64,000 nucleotides of DNA from an uncultured Candidatus Saccharibacteria bacterium. GTDB taxonomy: Bacteria > Patescibacteriota > Saccharimonadia > Saccharimonadales > Saccharimonadaceae. This document shows, one piece after another, positions 10,255 to 20,968 of this stretch. Position numbers and translations under genes: made by a program. The stretch lies in contig CAPKVJ010000004.1 of NCBI GenBank assembly GCA_948648655.1, positions 4,832-68,831 on the forward strand. Direction: 5' to 3'. Numbering within the stretch: position 1 is the first letter of the stretch; each line of letters begins with the position of its first letter. The notes beneath the pieces are model-generated. The model made no database searches, was not told the origin of the DNA, and saw only the letters and a program-made list of their open reading frames with translations.

Positions 10255-11334
10255 CTAACGGTCATACTGCTCGATTTCGGCTTTTTCTCTGCGACCGATT
10301 TTTGAGATAGAATGTTGGTAAAAACCGTAACCGCTAACAATTGTACTAGCAAGCACGATGACGCGAGTCATCAAAACAACTACTGCTGACAAACCTGGAT
10401 CGACGCCGAGACTGGCCATGATCCCGACCATACCGAGCTCATAAAGACCATAGGGCACAATGGCGCCCATAACCGAGCCAATTGCTTCGCCAATCATAAT
10501 TTGTGGCAAGATTTCAGGATGACCCATGCTGGCAGCGACAATCCAGTAAGTGGCAATTTCCAAGAAACTATAGATTATACCCCAAAGTGCCGGGCGGATT
10601 AACATCTTTTTGTTGCGTCGAGCAGTCATTAAGTCTTCGTGAGCGTCTCCAAGATATTTATCAACGACCTCACGCTTTAGGATTTCAGGCTTATGACCAA
10701 AAGTTACCTTTTTGACAATCCAGTTCACAGAATTGGTTGCGGCCTTTGCGAACCAATCGATGCGTTTTTTACTACTAGCGATGGTTACCGCTATGGCAAT
10801 TACTGCAATAATGCCAATGCTCAAGATGGCAGTTAGACCAATTACCCATGCGCCAGCTGCAGGAAGTGAACCGAAGATTAGTAAGAAAATAATAGCGATG
10901 ATGGTCTGAAGTTGGTTAGCACAAATAGTGATGATGTAGCGTAATATATACATGAAACTGGCTTGGCCAGCGGTGGCTCCGAATGGCTTGAGACGCCATG
11001 TGATGTAGCCAAGTCCGCCCAGACCGCCAGCTGGAACGGCGTGGTTGACGAAGTTGAGCTCGAGCGACACTTGCATCAAGGTCCAAGCCGAGACGCGTTG
11101 AGCGTCGTTTTTGGCGCGCATATAGGAGAAAAACATTTGTCCACAACAAAAGTACATAAATAGCTGCTCTGGAATGAGCAAAAGTAAAACTAAAATATTA
11201 GTCTCTCCGAGATGCCCCAGTGCTGCTTGAATATCGCCAAAATTAGCATAAACGACATATATGATCAGTCCAAGCGTGATAATTGACAGGGCGGTACGAA
11301 ATGAGAATTTAGGTTTGGATTTGGATTTAGTCAT
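10255..11334 (-). CDS. Lysylphosphatidylglycerol-synthase TM domain / flippase-like membrane protein
   Basis: Multi-TM; FVNHAVPAGGLGG and GLYELGM patterns typical of the family. Confidence 0.7.
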   Translation of the reverse strand: MTKSKSKPKFSFRTALSIITLGLIIYVVYANFGDIQAALGHLGETNILVLLLLIPEQLFMYFCCGQMFFSYMRAKNDAQRVSAWTLMQVSLELNFVNHAVPAGGLGGLGYITWRLKPFGATAGQASFMYILRYIITICANQLQTIIAIIFLLIFGSLPAAGAWVIGLTAILSIGIIAVIAIAVTIASSKKRIDWFAKAATNSVNWIVKKVTFGHKPEILKREVVDKYLGDAHEDLMTARRNKKMLIRPALWGIIYSFLEIATYWIVAASMGHPEILPQIMIGEAIGSVMGAIVPYGLYELGMVGIMASLGVDPGLSAVVVLMTRVIVLASTIVSGYGFYQHSISKIGRREKAEIEQYDR

Positions 11335-11375
11335 GAGGGCATTATAACATAAAACATGGTATACTAATAGTTATT

Positions 11376-12485
11376 ATGGAATATTTGGCGGTACTCGGAC
11401 GTCAACCGAAAATTTCTTTGGCGGAACTAGAGGCACTTTTTGACGATGTGAAAAGTTTGGGACCGGAATTGGCGGTTTTTAGAACGCTGGACGCGCCGGA
11501 CATACGTAGGTTAGGCGGGACTCAAAAAATTGCGCTAGAGATTAGGGAGCCAGTTGGAGATTTTTTGAAAAAGTTACCGGAGGGACGGAAAATTACGCTG
11601 GGGGTTTCAGATTTTTCGACAAAAGGCTCTGCTACGTCGGCGCAGCGTGAGGCATTGAAATGGAAACGTTTTTTACAAAAAAATGGGCGCAGCGTGAGAG
11701 TAGTAGCGAATAAATCGGCTGCATTATCAAGTGCGACAAGTTTTCATAATCACTTGTTTTATGAAAATAAAATCGAGCTTATTCGGACAAACCAAGCATA
11801 TTATCGCGTGATTGGCGTGCAGAATATTGATGATTATGTGCGGCGTGATCGAGAGCGTCCGGCACGCGATGCTAAAGTCGGGATGTTGCCGCCAAAATTA
11901 GCACAGATTCTGATTAATTTGTGTGGTAACTTGCCAGACGGGACGTGTTTGTTGGATCCGTTTTGTGGGACAGGCGTAGTGCTACAAGAAGCAGTGCTGA
12001 TGGGATATAACGTACAGGGGACAGACCTAAATGAGCGCATGGTAGAATATACCGAAAAAAATCTCAAATGGCTGAGCGAAAAGCTCAAGGCTAACCTTGA
12101 TCCAATACTAGCAGTAGGCAATGCAATGGATTTCCAGTGGCAGCAACCAGTGGGTCTCGTAGCCTGCGAAACCTATTTGGGTCAACCAATGTCGTTACCT
12201 CCTAACGAGATTAAACTCAAGCGAGAAAAACAAGAATGCAGTGGGATTATTCGGGGTTTTCTGAAAAACTTGGCTAGTCAGATTGGAGCCGGAATGCCTG
12301 TGGTGATTGCTGTGCCAGCTTGGCTACGACCAGATGGGCACTACGAAAGGCTGAATATTCTTGACGAAATAGATAATCTGGGCTATAATGTAGAGAGTTT
12401 TAAGAATTTGCAGCAAAGTGATCTGCTGTATCACCGTGAGAAGCAGATTGTTGCTCGGGAAATAATAGTTTTAAGGAAAAAATAA
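11376..12485 (+). CDS. SAM-dependent RNA methyltransferase (Trm11/UPF0020-like)
   Basis: MLPPKLAQILIN, LLDPFCGTG, GTD motifs. Confidence 0.8.
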   Translation: MEYLAVLGRQPKISLAELEALFDDVKSLGPELAVFRTLDAPDIRRLGGTQKIALEIREPVGDFLKKLPEGRKITLGVSDFSTKGSATSAQREALKWKRFLQKNGRSVRVVANKSAALSSATSFHNHLFYENKIELIRTNQAYYRVIGVQNIDDYVRRDRERPARDAKVGMLPPKLAQILINLCGNLPDGTCLLDPFCGTGVVLQEAVLMGYNVQGTDLNERMVEYTEKNLKWLSEKLKANLDPILAVGNAMDFQWQQPVGLVACETYLGQPMSLPPNEIKLKREKQECSGIIRGFLKNLASQIGAGMPVVIAVPAWLRPDGHYERLNILDEIDNLGYNVESFKNLQQSDLLYHREKQIVAREIIVLRKK

Positions 12486-12486
12486 G

Positions 12487-12759
12487 ATGTCACATGTCAA
12501 AGCTGGCGGTACCGCCAAAAATATTCACAACAATGCTGGTCAAAGGCTGGGAGTTAAGCGTTTTGGCGGGCAAAAAGTCCGGAATGGTGAAGTTTTAGTA
12601 CGTCAAACTGGCGCAACGAAAATTGCTGGTCCTGGCACCTATATGAGTCGCAATTTTACGATTCATGCCGCGAAAGATGGCGTGGTGACTTTTGTAAAGA
12701 CCAAAAAATGCCATTTTTCGGGTAAAAATGTTCCTCGTGTACGCGTGGAAGTACGATAA
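12487..12759 (+). CDS. rpmA: 50S ribosomal protein L27
   Basis: MSHVKAGG...QRLGVKRFGGQKV...LVRQTG. Confidence 0.95.
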   Translation: MSHVKAGGTAKNIHNNAGQRLGVKRFGGQKVRNGEVLVRQTGATKIAGPGTYMSRNFTIHAAKDGVVTFVKTKKCHFSGKNVPRVRVEVR

Positions 12760-12777
12760 CTGCAATAGTGTTTGATG

Positions 12778-12812
12778 TAAAAAATATGCTCCTTTATGGG
12801 AGCATATTTTTA
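12778..12812. terminator. Bidirectional intrinsic terminator
   Basis: AAAAATATGCTCC-TTTATG-GGAGCATATTTTT between convergent rpmA and pilin genes. Confidence 0.75.
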
Positions 12813-12826
12813 TTATGTATATCGCT

Positions 12827-13303
12827 CTAAAACACGCTCGTCAATACAAAGTTTACAATAGCAAAGGCGAGTAGGGAGATAAGTAGACCGACTACACTAT
12901 AGATGATTGTGTTTTGTGCTTTTTTAGCTTTTGCTGCATCACCTTGTGAAGTAGCATAACTAATACCACCTAATACAATCATGGCTACTGATACGATACC
13001 AACCACACCGACGATGACGTTGATAACTGTGGCGACAGTCGACATGACATCCCTACCATCTTCGTCAGGAATGACATTACACTGGGCGATATTTTTAGGT
13101 TTCTTATCCTCATCTGCAGGCCAGTTATATTTATTTGTACCGTCTGCGTTCTTATCATTTCTGTGTTTATAGATTGAAGACTTGGGGCATTCCTTATCTG
13201 GGTCGAATGCAGCAGAAGCATCTTGGTAAGAACCAACGACCGATACGCCGACAATGCTGCTACAGACGATAAGGCCAGCGGCTAGTAAATTTTTGATTGA
13301 CAT
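12827..13303 (-). CDS. Pilin-like protein (TrbC/VirB2-like, CPR type)
   Basis: Signal peptide; IVLGGISYATSQGDAAKAKKAQNTIIYSVVGL motif; start at ATG 13303 after AAAGGAGA. Confidence 0.8.
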   Translation of the reverse strand: MSIKNLLAAGLIVCSSIVGVSVVGSYQDASAAFDPDKECPKSSIYKHRNDKNADGTNKYNWPADEDKKPKNIAQCNVIPDEDGRDVMSTVATVINVIVGVVGIVSVAMIVLGGISYATSQGDAAKAKKAQNTIIYSVVGLLISLLAFAIVNFVLTSVF

Positions 13304-13394
13304 AATTGTTTTCTCCTTTGTTATGATTATACACTGGCGTAATAGATATGCAAACAAAATACCGAAACCGAGCTGGGTATGCTATAATATTAGC

Positions 13395-15299
13395 ATGAGC
13401 AAGATTTTGATTATTGGGAATGTACTTAAAGATGTTTATCTGAAATTGGACGGGCATGGAAATGATTTTGAGACTGACGGGCAAGGGATCAATTGGCTTG
13501 AGCTGGGGTTTAACGGTGAGGCGCATAATTTTTTTCGTAGGACGAGCGTTTACGGTGGGGCGGCGGTAACGCTGGCGACCTTGAGTAAACTGGGCGTCGA
13601 TGCGAGTATCCTGAACTCTAAAACCGAGACAAAATCAGGAGAGTTGCTCTGGTCGGATGAGCCGACGAATTATCGTTATATTTTTTCTTACGGTGGCGGG
13701 ATTACTTATTTCGTGCCGCGTGAGCGCAAAGCGACGGATTGGACAATGCCTTCGGGAACGCCAGAGTGGATTTTGGTCGATCGATCGACGATTGTGACTG
13801 CAAAGCTGGTTGATGAAATCCGGAATTTTATTAAGTTTTCTCGGAATACGAAGCTAGCAGTGCATGCTGAAAAGAAAATGACGCCAGATGGTCAACGTTT
13901 GGCGGAAATGGCGGATTTGTTGTTTTTGGAGGATGAGCCAGCGGTGCATATTGAAGAAAAAATCGTTGACAAGATTGACATTGATAAGCCGAATACGCAG
14001 CTGGTTTGTCATATCAGCCCGCGTAGGCTAGTGTTTGGCGAGGCAGAGGAAGTCTGGGATCTTGATCGAACTGATATGATGACACATCTGACGGTTTATT
14101 CGACGATTGTGGCGACAGTTCTGGGCGTAATAGCGGCTGGTGGCACGCCAGAAGATGCTTTGCTGTGGGCGAGATTAAACGCCGAAAAAGCAACGCTTGA
14201 CGGATCATTGAGTGCCGAAAAACTGCAGGAGCTAGCGGCAGAGGAGAGAGCAAAACGGGATAACTTAAAACTTATTTGTCGTTCCCTAGTGACTACGAGT
14301 AAAGGAGTCCTGGCGGTCGATGAATCAAAGAAAAGCTTGATCCGGAGATTTGATAAATTCGGGATTCGAATGACAGCCCAAAAAAAAGCAGAATTCTATG
14401 ATTTGATGCTGACCTTACCCGATTTGAAGAATTATATAAGTGGCGTGATTTTGTCTGAAGATAATGCAAAACAAAAAATGCCTAGTGGCAAGAGGGCATT
14501 GGAATTTCTAACGGATCGAGGGATTATTTCGGGAATTAAAGCGGATTTGGGTCTGGCGCCGATGGACAAGAATGCGGGTGAGACACATACTTTGGGCCTC
14601 GATGGATTGACGCGGAGATTGCGTGATTATTATGAGCAAGGGTTCCGGTTTACAAAATGGCGAGCGGCTTTCAGTATAGGTAAAGACCGGCCGGGCTTTT
14701 ATGCCGTAGAACAAAATACAGATGAATTGGCAGAATTTGCAAAAACTTGTCAACTAGTAGGAATTGTGCCAGTAGTAGAAGCCGATATTGTACGTGATGG
14801 CGATTTTGCAATTGAGCGAAGTATTGAGGTAACGGCAAAGGTATTAGAAGTGGTGTTTCGAAAGTTGCAGCAAAGACATGTTGATTTGGCCGGTTGCGTC
14901 CTGAAATGTAATATGGTAATTTCCGGGAGCGAAGCAGAGGTACAGGCTACTTCTAATGAAATCGGGGTGGCGACAGCGGCGATTTTAAAACATGCGGTGC
15001 CACGCTATGTGGGCGGGGTGCTGCTCCTAAGCGGTGGTCAGGAGCCAAAGGAAGCAACGAAGAACTTAACTGCCGTAATGCAGAATTCGCCTTTTGCTTG
15101 GCCAATCAGTTTTGCTTTTTCGCGGGCACTGGAAGAGCCCGTGCTTGCAACTTGGAAGGGAGAGTCTGATAATATCCGTGCGGCACAAGCTGCTTTGATA
15201 CGACACTTGGAGGCGAATATCGATGCATTGCACTATGCACGAGTAGAGGGGCAAAACAGCATAGGTGATGGTAATATTGCTGTACTAGATTTGGGGTAG
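13395..15299 (+). CDS. Fusion: PfkB/ribokinase-like N-terminal domain + class I fructose-bisphosphate aldolase
   Basis: C-half has GVLAVDES, FTKWR, VLKCNMV (Schiff-base Lys), LSGGQ, FSRAL; N-half KILIIGNVLKDVY...GGAAV...LSKLG; start at ATG 13395 after TATAAT. Confidence 0.85.
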   Translation: MSKILIIGNVLKDVYLKLDGHGNDFETDGQGINWLELGFNGEAHNFFRRTSVYGGAAVTLATLSKLGVDASILNSKTETKSGELLWSDEPTNYRYIFSYGGGITYFVPRERKATDWTMPSGTPEWILVDRSTIVTAKLVDEIRNFIKFSRNTKLAVHAEKKMTPDGQRLAEMADLLFLEDEPAVHIEEKIVDKIDIDKPNTQLVCHISPRRLVFGEAEEVWDLDRTDMMTHLTVYSTIVATVLGVIAAGGTPEDALLWARLNAEKATLDGSLSAEKLQELAAEERAKRDNLKLICRSLVTTSKGVLAVDESKKSLIRRFDKFGIRMTAQKKAEFYDLMLTLPDLKNYISGVILSEDNAKQKMPSGKRALEFLTDRGIISGIKADLGLAPMDKNAGETHTLGLDGLTRRLRDYYEQGFRFTKWRAAFSIGKDRPGFYAVEQNTDELAEFAKTCQLVGIVPVVEADIVRDGDFAIERSIEVTAKVLEVVFRKLQQRHVDLAGCVLKCNMVISGSEAEVQATSNEIGVATAAILKHAVPRYVGGVLLLSGGQEPKEATKNLTAVMQNSPFAWPISFAFSRALEEPVLATWKGESDNIRAAQAALIRHLEANIDALHYARVEGQNSIGDGNIAVLDLG

Positions 15300-15344
15300 G
15301 AGAATGCTAAAGGGAGCCCGGTAGTTTGGGACTCCCTGAATTGA

Positions 15345-16052
15345 TTAGCGTGGATTGGGCAAACATTGGCTACTCGTAAAATCAGTGGTTCTATTCATGT
15401 TGTCGGCGATCCGCTCCCAATCTCGGGATAGCCACGATATTAACAGCAAGTAACTGTCCGTAGTCAGCCACCATTTGCGGTCATTGATATGCGATCCTTC
15501 CGGTAAATAGGCGGCCGGGATGTGCACTTTTATATATCGCCGATGCTCCGGCTTCTTTGACTTACGAAACCGTTCTTCTATAGTGCCATCTATCTCGCGC
15601 AATAACTCTCCGACAATACTATACTTTTTAGCTACGGCATCTTGACTAGCCGTTACCCGCTCATGCTTGGCTAATTCGTCGGACAGTCTACCAAGCTCAC
15701 GATAGAGTAGGTTGAGATTTTTCTCGGAAAAGAACCAAATAATTTTGTACGACATCGCCTGTTGGCTAGATATCCAAATAATGACGCCGGCTATGGATGC
15801 TGCGTAGCTTATAATCCCGAGAGTCATGAGAATAATAGTCGAATCCGGAATATGTCGCCCAGCCATTATGATAAATATGAACATACACATCATAAACGCA
15901 ATGATCCAATGCAAGGTTATCCACGTAGGACGAAGACAATATTTATGGTGACCTTTTAAAGAGATATGATTTTTCTTTGCTTGTTCCCTTAATTCCTGAA
16001 TCTGGTTTAACGTTCTGGTTGCCTCTGGTCTCTGATTAAAAACTTCTCTCAT
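15345..16052 (-). CDS. Hypothetical protein with two TM segments
   Basis: AGGAGG SD; consensus promoter at 16128-16158. Confidence 0.7.
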   Translation of the reverse strand: MREVFNQRPEATRTLNQIQELREQAKKNHISLKGHHKYCLRPTWITLHWIIAFMMCMFIFIIMAGRHIPDSTIILMTLGIISYAASIAGVIIWISSQQAMSYKIIWFFSEKNLNLLYRELGRLSDELAKHERVTASQDAVAKKYSIVGELLREIDGTIEERFRKSKKPEHRRYIKVHIPAAYLPEGSHINDRKWWLTTDSYLLLISWLSRDWERIADNMNRTTDFTSSQCLPNPR

Positions 16053-16204
16053 TGTTGCCCTCCTTTTTTGTTAAAAAGCTATGTTGCTACTACATACCAA
16101 GACAGGAAATTCCTATCTCTTACTACAATTGTAGCACACTTTTGCAAAAAAGTCAATACAGGTAGCCTATGAGACTACCCGTATTGGTCTGGAGAGTGCA
16201 TTCT

Positions 16205-16852
16205 TTATTCGCTAACTTTTTCGTCTGCGGCGGCTTCTTCAGTTTCGCTCGCGGTATCAGCCTCGTCTTTAGCATCACGTGCGGCAGCTTCGGCGGCTGG
16301 ATCATAAACATTGGCGATAACTGTAGTTGGTTTTAATTCTTTGTCAACTAATTCTACGCCTTTTGGCAATGCTAAATCAGCGATAGTTAACTTGGATTCA
16401 GTATTGGCAAGCTTGCTACCGTCAATTGTTAGCTCCTCTGGAAGGTCAGACGGTTTAGCTTTAATCTCAACTTCTTCCAATACCTGTAGGATGACATAAT
16501 GTAGCTTGGCAGCCTCTGATTGATCAAAGTTAACGACTTTGATCGGTGTAGTCGCTTCGACAACTTCGTCGGCGTTGATGGCTTGAAATTCAATATTCAT
16601 AATGCGACGGCTGACTGGGTCGATGGCGACATTTTTCACAATAGCAAGCTGGTGCTTGCCATCAATTTCAAGATCAACTGGTGAGTGATAACCAACTTCA
16701 TGCAAAACTTTTTCGGTCTCATTGTATGCCGAGCTAGTAGTAATTGGTTCGTTTTCGCCATATACCACCGACGGAATTTGACCTTCAGCACGCAGGGCTC
16801 CCAGTTTTTTACCTTGCGCCGTACGTCCGGACAAAATTAACTGATTAGACAT
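16205..16852 (-). CDS. rplY: 50S ribosomal protein L25/Ctc
   Basis: LRAEGQIPSVVYG, DPVSRRIMNIEF, long Ctc-type C-terminal domain. Confidence 0.92.
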   Translation of the reverse strand: MSNQLILSGRTAQGKKLGALRAEGQIPSVVYGENEPITTSSAYNETEKVLHEVGYHSPVDLEIDGKHQLAIVKNVAIDPVSRRIMNIEFQAINADEVVEATTPIKVVNFDQSEAAKLHYVILQVLEEVEIKAKPSDLPEELTIDGSKLANTESKLTIADLALPKGVELVDKELKPTTVIANVYDPAAEAAARDAKDEADTASETEEAAADEKVSE

Positions 16853-16892
16853 AAGTATAACTCCTTTTCTGCGTTTATCTTTTACTATTGTA

Positions 16893-17984
16893 TCACAAAT
16901 CTTCTAAACCGTCTATTCCGGGTAAGGTTTTACCAGCGAGATATTCGAGTGCTGCACCGCCGCCTGTAGAAACTAGGGTGTAGTGTAACCCTGAGTCCGT
17001 TTCGCGCAGCTTTTCAACAAACCCTGACGTATCGCCCCCGCAAATTACCGATGTTAGGGCTGAATTCTCGCCGATAACTTTGGCTAAAATTGTCGAAGAT
17101 GTTGCGTATGTGGGGTCTTCGACTTTCCCTAGACAGCCGTTCCAAAGTACGGTCTGAGCCTGCTCGATTTCGCGGACAAATTTGGCGGTAGAAACTGGTC
17201 CGATGTCGAGTCTGGTGTCTTCGCCATCCTCATCAAAATCTTCAGCGACATAAACTTTTGGATTAGTCGACTTATAACCATCAGCGGCGATTTTGCCACC
17301 GACAAGAATCTTGTCAGCGTGAGGCAGAAACTCGTCGATTAGTGGCTGTTTGTCATTGACTTTTATCCCTCCGATCATGACAACAAAAGGACGGCTCGGA
17401 TTATCCAAGACTCGATCCAGTGCGTTGACTTCTTTTTCCAATAAAAGTCCAGCTACTGATGGGATAACTTTTGTAATGGCGTCAGTGGAGGCGTGTGCGC
17501 GATGGATTACAGCAAAGCCATCCTGCACGAAGATTTCGGCATGTGTTGCAGCGACGATGTCCTGAGCAAACTCCAAAGAATTAGATTTTTCTTGAGGCCA
17601 GAAACGTAGATTTTCTAGCATCAAGATGCCACCTTGTGGCAGGTCTTCAACAGCCGCCTCGACTTCTGGGCCAGAGACTTGATCAACAAAATTTACAGGG
17701 ACGCTAGGCAGAAGCTCGGCCAACTTCTCCGCTACGAGCATAAGCGATAGCTTTGGGTCAGGTTTCCCATCTGGACGCCCAAGATGAGAAACAAGGATAA
17801 TTTTCGCTGCATGGTGCTCTAGTAAGTATTTAAGTGTCGGCAGACTGGAACGGATGCGCAGGTCACTAGAGATACGCATCGTACCAGATTCTGAATCTTC
17901 GACCAACGGGACGTTAAAATCGGCGCGGACAAGGATATTCTTATCCTTTACATCGACATCTCTGACTGTTTTACAGTGTAACAT
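16893..17984 (-). CDS. pgk: Phosphoglycerate kinase
   Basis: VRADFNVPL, SHLGRP, LENLRF, STGGGAALE. Confidence 0.97.
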   Translation of the reverse strand: MLHCKTVRDVDVKDKNILVRADFNVPLVEDSESGTMRISSDLRIRSSLPTLKYLLEHHAAKIILVSHLGRPDGKPDPKLSLMLVAEKLAELLPSVPVNFVDQVSGPEVEAAVEDLPQGGILMLENLRFWPQEKSNSLEFAQDIVAATHAEIFVQDGFAVIHRAHASTDAITKVIPSVAGLLLEKEVNALDRVLDNPSRPFVVMIGGIKVNDKQPLIDEFLPHADKILVGGKIAADGYKSTNPKVYVAEDFDEDGEDTRLDIGPVSTAKFVREIEQAQTVLWNGCLGKVEDPTYATSSTILAKVIGENSALTSVICGGDTSGFVEKLRETDSGLHYTLVSTGGGAALEYLAGKTLPGIDGLEDL

Positions 17985-17992
17985 TTGGCTCC

Positions 17993-19426
17993 TTATATAC
18001 GACGGATTTTGACGGTGTCTGTGCCACCGTCAACGTTTTCGCCGGAGACGATAACGACCTCAACATAGTCACGGCCATCACGAGGGATGAGAGTGCCATT
18101 CTCACGCAATTCTCTAGCGAGTTTGAGACCAGCTTCAGGATCTTCGTCGCGAACAAAAGCGCGGTTGGCGTAAATCAACGAAAGCTGATTTGCAACGTGC
18201 TCACTCGGAGTGGCAGCATAGATAGTCAAGCGTGGGCGTTGGGCGGCCATTGCCCGAGCAGTACGACCACTGGCAGTCTGACAGATAATTGCGTCAGCTT
18301 CAATGCGAGCAGCAATATTGGCGGCTGCCTCTGCAATAGCATCATAGTCATTGTTGTCACTCTGTGGCTCGCGCGGAGCGTTGTCGGTCATCTCTACATG
18401 CTCTTGGACATAGGAGATAACTTTACCAACCTCTTTGATGGTCTCTACTGGATATTTGCCCATTGCAGTCTCTTCTGAAGTCATAATGACATCGGCACCT
18501 TGAATAACCGCGTTAGCGACGTCACTAACTTCGGCCCGAGTTGGCATCGGGTTATCGACCATTGAAGCCATTGTTTGTGTAGCGACGATACAAAGTTTTG
18601 AATGCTCACGGCAAAGGCGAATTAACTTACGCTGGACGACTGGCACGATCTCGGCGCCCACTTCGTAACCCATATCGCCACGAGCGATCATGATGCCATC
18701 GGTAGCTTCGACAATCTCTTCAAGGTTCTTGTCATCCATGACGGCACCTTTGGTCTCAATTTTGGCAATGATTTTGGCGTCATAATTGCGCTCTTCAAGC
18801 ATCTTGCGGAAGATACGAATGTCTTCGGCAGTCTGGACAAAGGAAATTGCAACGTAATCGAAATCACGCGTAGCGCCCCAGTCGATGTCGCGAATATCTT
18901 TTTCTGGGAAAATATCGCCGCCAAATCCAGTGTCTGGAAGGTTTACGCCCTTATTGCTGTTAAGAAAACCGTCATTCTCGGCAGTAATACGGATGGCAGT
19001 ATCGGAAACGATCTCTTGGACGTGTGATTGGATATGCCCATCAAAGAGGTAAACTGGCTCGCCGACTTTGACTTTTTCGGCAAGATTATATTGAATCGGT
19101 AAAGTCAGACCGCCGTCATGCTCTTTGACAGCGTAATCGAGGATGATATCATCCCCCTCGTGGATTTCGATATAATTGTCCTTGATCTGGCCAAGACGAA
19201 TTTTGGGGCCTTGAAGATCTTGCACAATAGTGACATTGCGATTGTATTTTTTGGCAGCTTTGCGAATCCAGCTAATAAACTCGTCCATTTTTTCGTAAGT
19301 GCCGTGAGAAAAGTTAAGACGACAACCGTCGAGACCGGCGGCAATTAGTTGGTCGATAGTTTCTTCGCTGTCAGTAGCGGGGCCAATTGTGGCTAAAGTT
19401 TTAGTACGTTTAAAAATTTCACTCAT
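17993..19426 (-). CDS. pyk: Pyruvate kinase
   Basis: TKTLATIGPA, RLNFSHG, DLQGPKIR, IIAKIE, MIARGDMG. Confidence 0.97.
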   Translation of the reverse strand: MSEIFKRTKTLATIGPATDSEETIDQLIAAGLDGCRLNFSHGTYEKMDEFISWIRKAAKKYNRNVTIVQDLQGPKIRLGQIKDNYIEIHEGDDIILDYAVKEHDGGLTLPIQYNLAEKVKVGEPVYLFDGHIQSHVQEIVSDTAIRITAENDGFLNSNKGVNLPDTGFGGDIFPEKDIRDIDWGATRDFDYVAISFVQTAEDIRIFRKMLEERNYDAKIIAKIETKGAVMDDKNLEEIVEATDGIMIARGDMGYEVGAEIVPVVQRKLIRLCREHSKLCIVATQTMASMVDNPMPTRAEVSDVANAVIQGADVIMTSEETAMGKYPVETIKEVGKVISYVQEHVEMTDNAPREPQSDNNDYDAIAEAAANIAARIEADAIICQTASGRTARAMAAQRPRLTIYAATPSEHVANQLSLIYANRAFVRDEDPEAGLKLARELRENGTLIPRDGRDYVEVVIVSGENVDGGTDTVKIRRI

Positions 19427-19516
19427 TTCTTGATTTTATCATAAAATAGTGTTTCCTGGAAGTGGAGACGGGGTGAGACTGCACAATATAAAGCGTTTAT
19501 GCTAAAATTGTAGTGT

Positions 19517-19966
19517 ATGCCATCTTTGAAGAAGAAACAACAAGCTACAAAATCAAGGAAGTCTAGATCTAGGGAAGATTGGGTTTTGCTGGGTATTGTG
19601 GTAGTTTCTGCATTGATGATTCTTTGTGCTTTTGGGATTGCTGCTGTAGGTAAACCGACGAATAAAGTCGAGCGCGAACTTAATAAAATTGCTGATGATT
19701 ATTATATAACTTACCTTTACCCACGCCTACTAGGCAATTTGGAAGCGAATCCAGAGGCGATACTGGATAAGTATCTTGATAATGGAGTCGCTACGACTTA
19801 TTTGCGTCAATTACTACATTATGATAATGATCGCAACGCAGCATCGGCGACGGTTTTTGCGACAATGGCGTGCGACACGAACACGACTTGGGTACGGTAC
19901 TACCCAGAGGAACCATTTGGTCCGCGAGATTATCATGTCGAATACAAGATGAATTGCGAAGAATAG
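19517..19966 (+). CDS. Hypothetical single-TM protein
   Basis: Basic N-terminus, one TM, extracellular domain with two Cys. Confidence 0.7.
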   Translation: MPSLKKKQQATKSRKSRSREDWVLLGIVVVSALMILCAFGIAAVGKPTNKVERELNKIADDYYITYLYPRLLGNLEANPEAILDKYLDNGVATTYLRQLLHYDNDRNAASATVFATMACDTNTTWVRYYPEEPFGPRDYHVEYKMNCEE

Positions 19967-19987
19967 TGATATAATCAAACCAAGTAA

Positions 19988-20737
19988 ATGGGAGTGCCTA
20001 TGGCTGTAATTATTTTTTTAATTTTAATATTACTCGTCATTATTCTGCCGGGTGTGCGAATTATTAATCAATACGAGCGCGGGGTAGTATTGCGACTTGG
20101 GAAATATTCACGGACGCTAAGTCCAGGTTTCCGAGTGATAATTCCCTACCTTGACAAGATGACGAAGGTTGACGTGCGTACGACACCAATGGATATTCCA
20201 AAGCAGGAAGTGATTACAAAAGACAACGTCACGGTGAATGTCGATGCGGTAGTGTATGCGCGAGTGATTGACGCACAAAAGGCAGTGCTTGAGACGACGA
20301 ATTATGCTTATGCGACGAGTACTTTTGCACAGACAGCGCTACGTGATGTGACAGGTAATTTTGACTTGGATGAATTATTGTCGGAGCGCGACCGGATTTC
20401 TTCACAAATCCGAGAGATTGTCGATGCGCAGACAGATAAGTGGGGGATCGATATTGAAAGCGTAAAATTGCAGAATATTGAACTGCCGGCAGATATGAAA
20501 CGGGCGATGGCAAAGCAGGCGGAGGCAGAGCGCGAGCGTCGAGCAGCGATTATTTCGGCAGAAGGCGAGAAGAGTGCAGCAAATGCAGTGGCGGAAGCGG
20601 CGCATATGCTGGCCCAGACTCCGGGCGGTCTGAATATTCGTACATTGCAAACCTTGGAGAAGATTAGCTCTGATCCGTCGCAGAAGACGGTGATTCTACT
20701 GCCAACTGATCTTACGGATCGTTTTGGCAAGCATTAA
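19988..20737 (+). CDS. SPFH/band 7 (slipin/stomatin) family protein
   Basis: YERGVVLRLG, QEVITKDNVTV, AMAKQAEAERERRA. Confidence 0.93.
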   Translation: MGVPMAVIIFLILILLVIILPGVRIINQYERGVVLRLGKYSRTLSPGFRVIIPYLDKMTKVDVRTTPMDIPKQEVITKDNVTVNVDAVVYARVIDAQKAVLETTNYAYATSTFAQTALRDVTGNFDLDELLSERDRISSQIREIVDAQTDKWGIDIESVKLQNIELPADMKRAMAKQAEAERERRAAIISAEGEKSAANAVAEAAHMLAQTPGGLNIRTLQTLEKISSDPSQKTVILLPTDLTDRFGKH

Positions 20738-20830
20738 AGGTGAGGTTACTGGAGCGTAATTTGCGAGTCTTGTAATTACGCTCCGAAGTTTTGTTGACTA
20801 ATTCTGTAAGTTTTGTTAGAATAGTGGCGT

Positions 20831-20905
20831 GGCCTCTTAGTATAACGGTTAGTACACCGGGTTTTCATCCCGGCAACGCGGGTTCGATTCCCGCAGAGGT
20901 CACCA
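20831..20905 (+). tRNA. tRNA-Glu(TTC)
   Basis: Cloverleaf; acceptor GGCCTCT/AGAGGTC; anticodon arm CCGGG-TTTTCAT-CCCGG; GGTTCGATTC; encoded CCA. Confidence 0.95.
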
Positions 20906-20968
20906 TACTATCAGAATTGTTGCCTTCGGGCGCTTTTTTTGTTTTTCTGGTTTCCTGCTTTGTTATCT

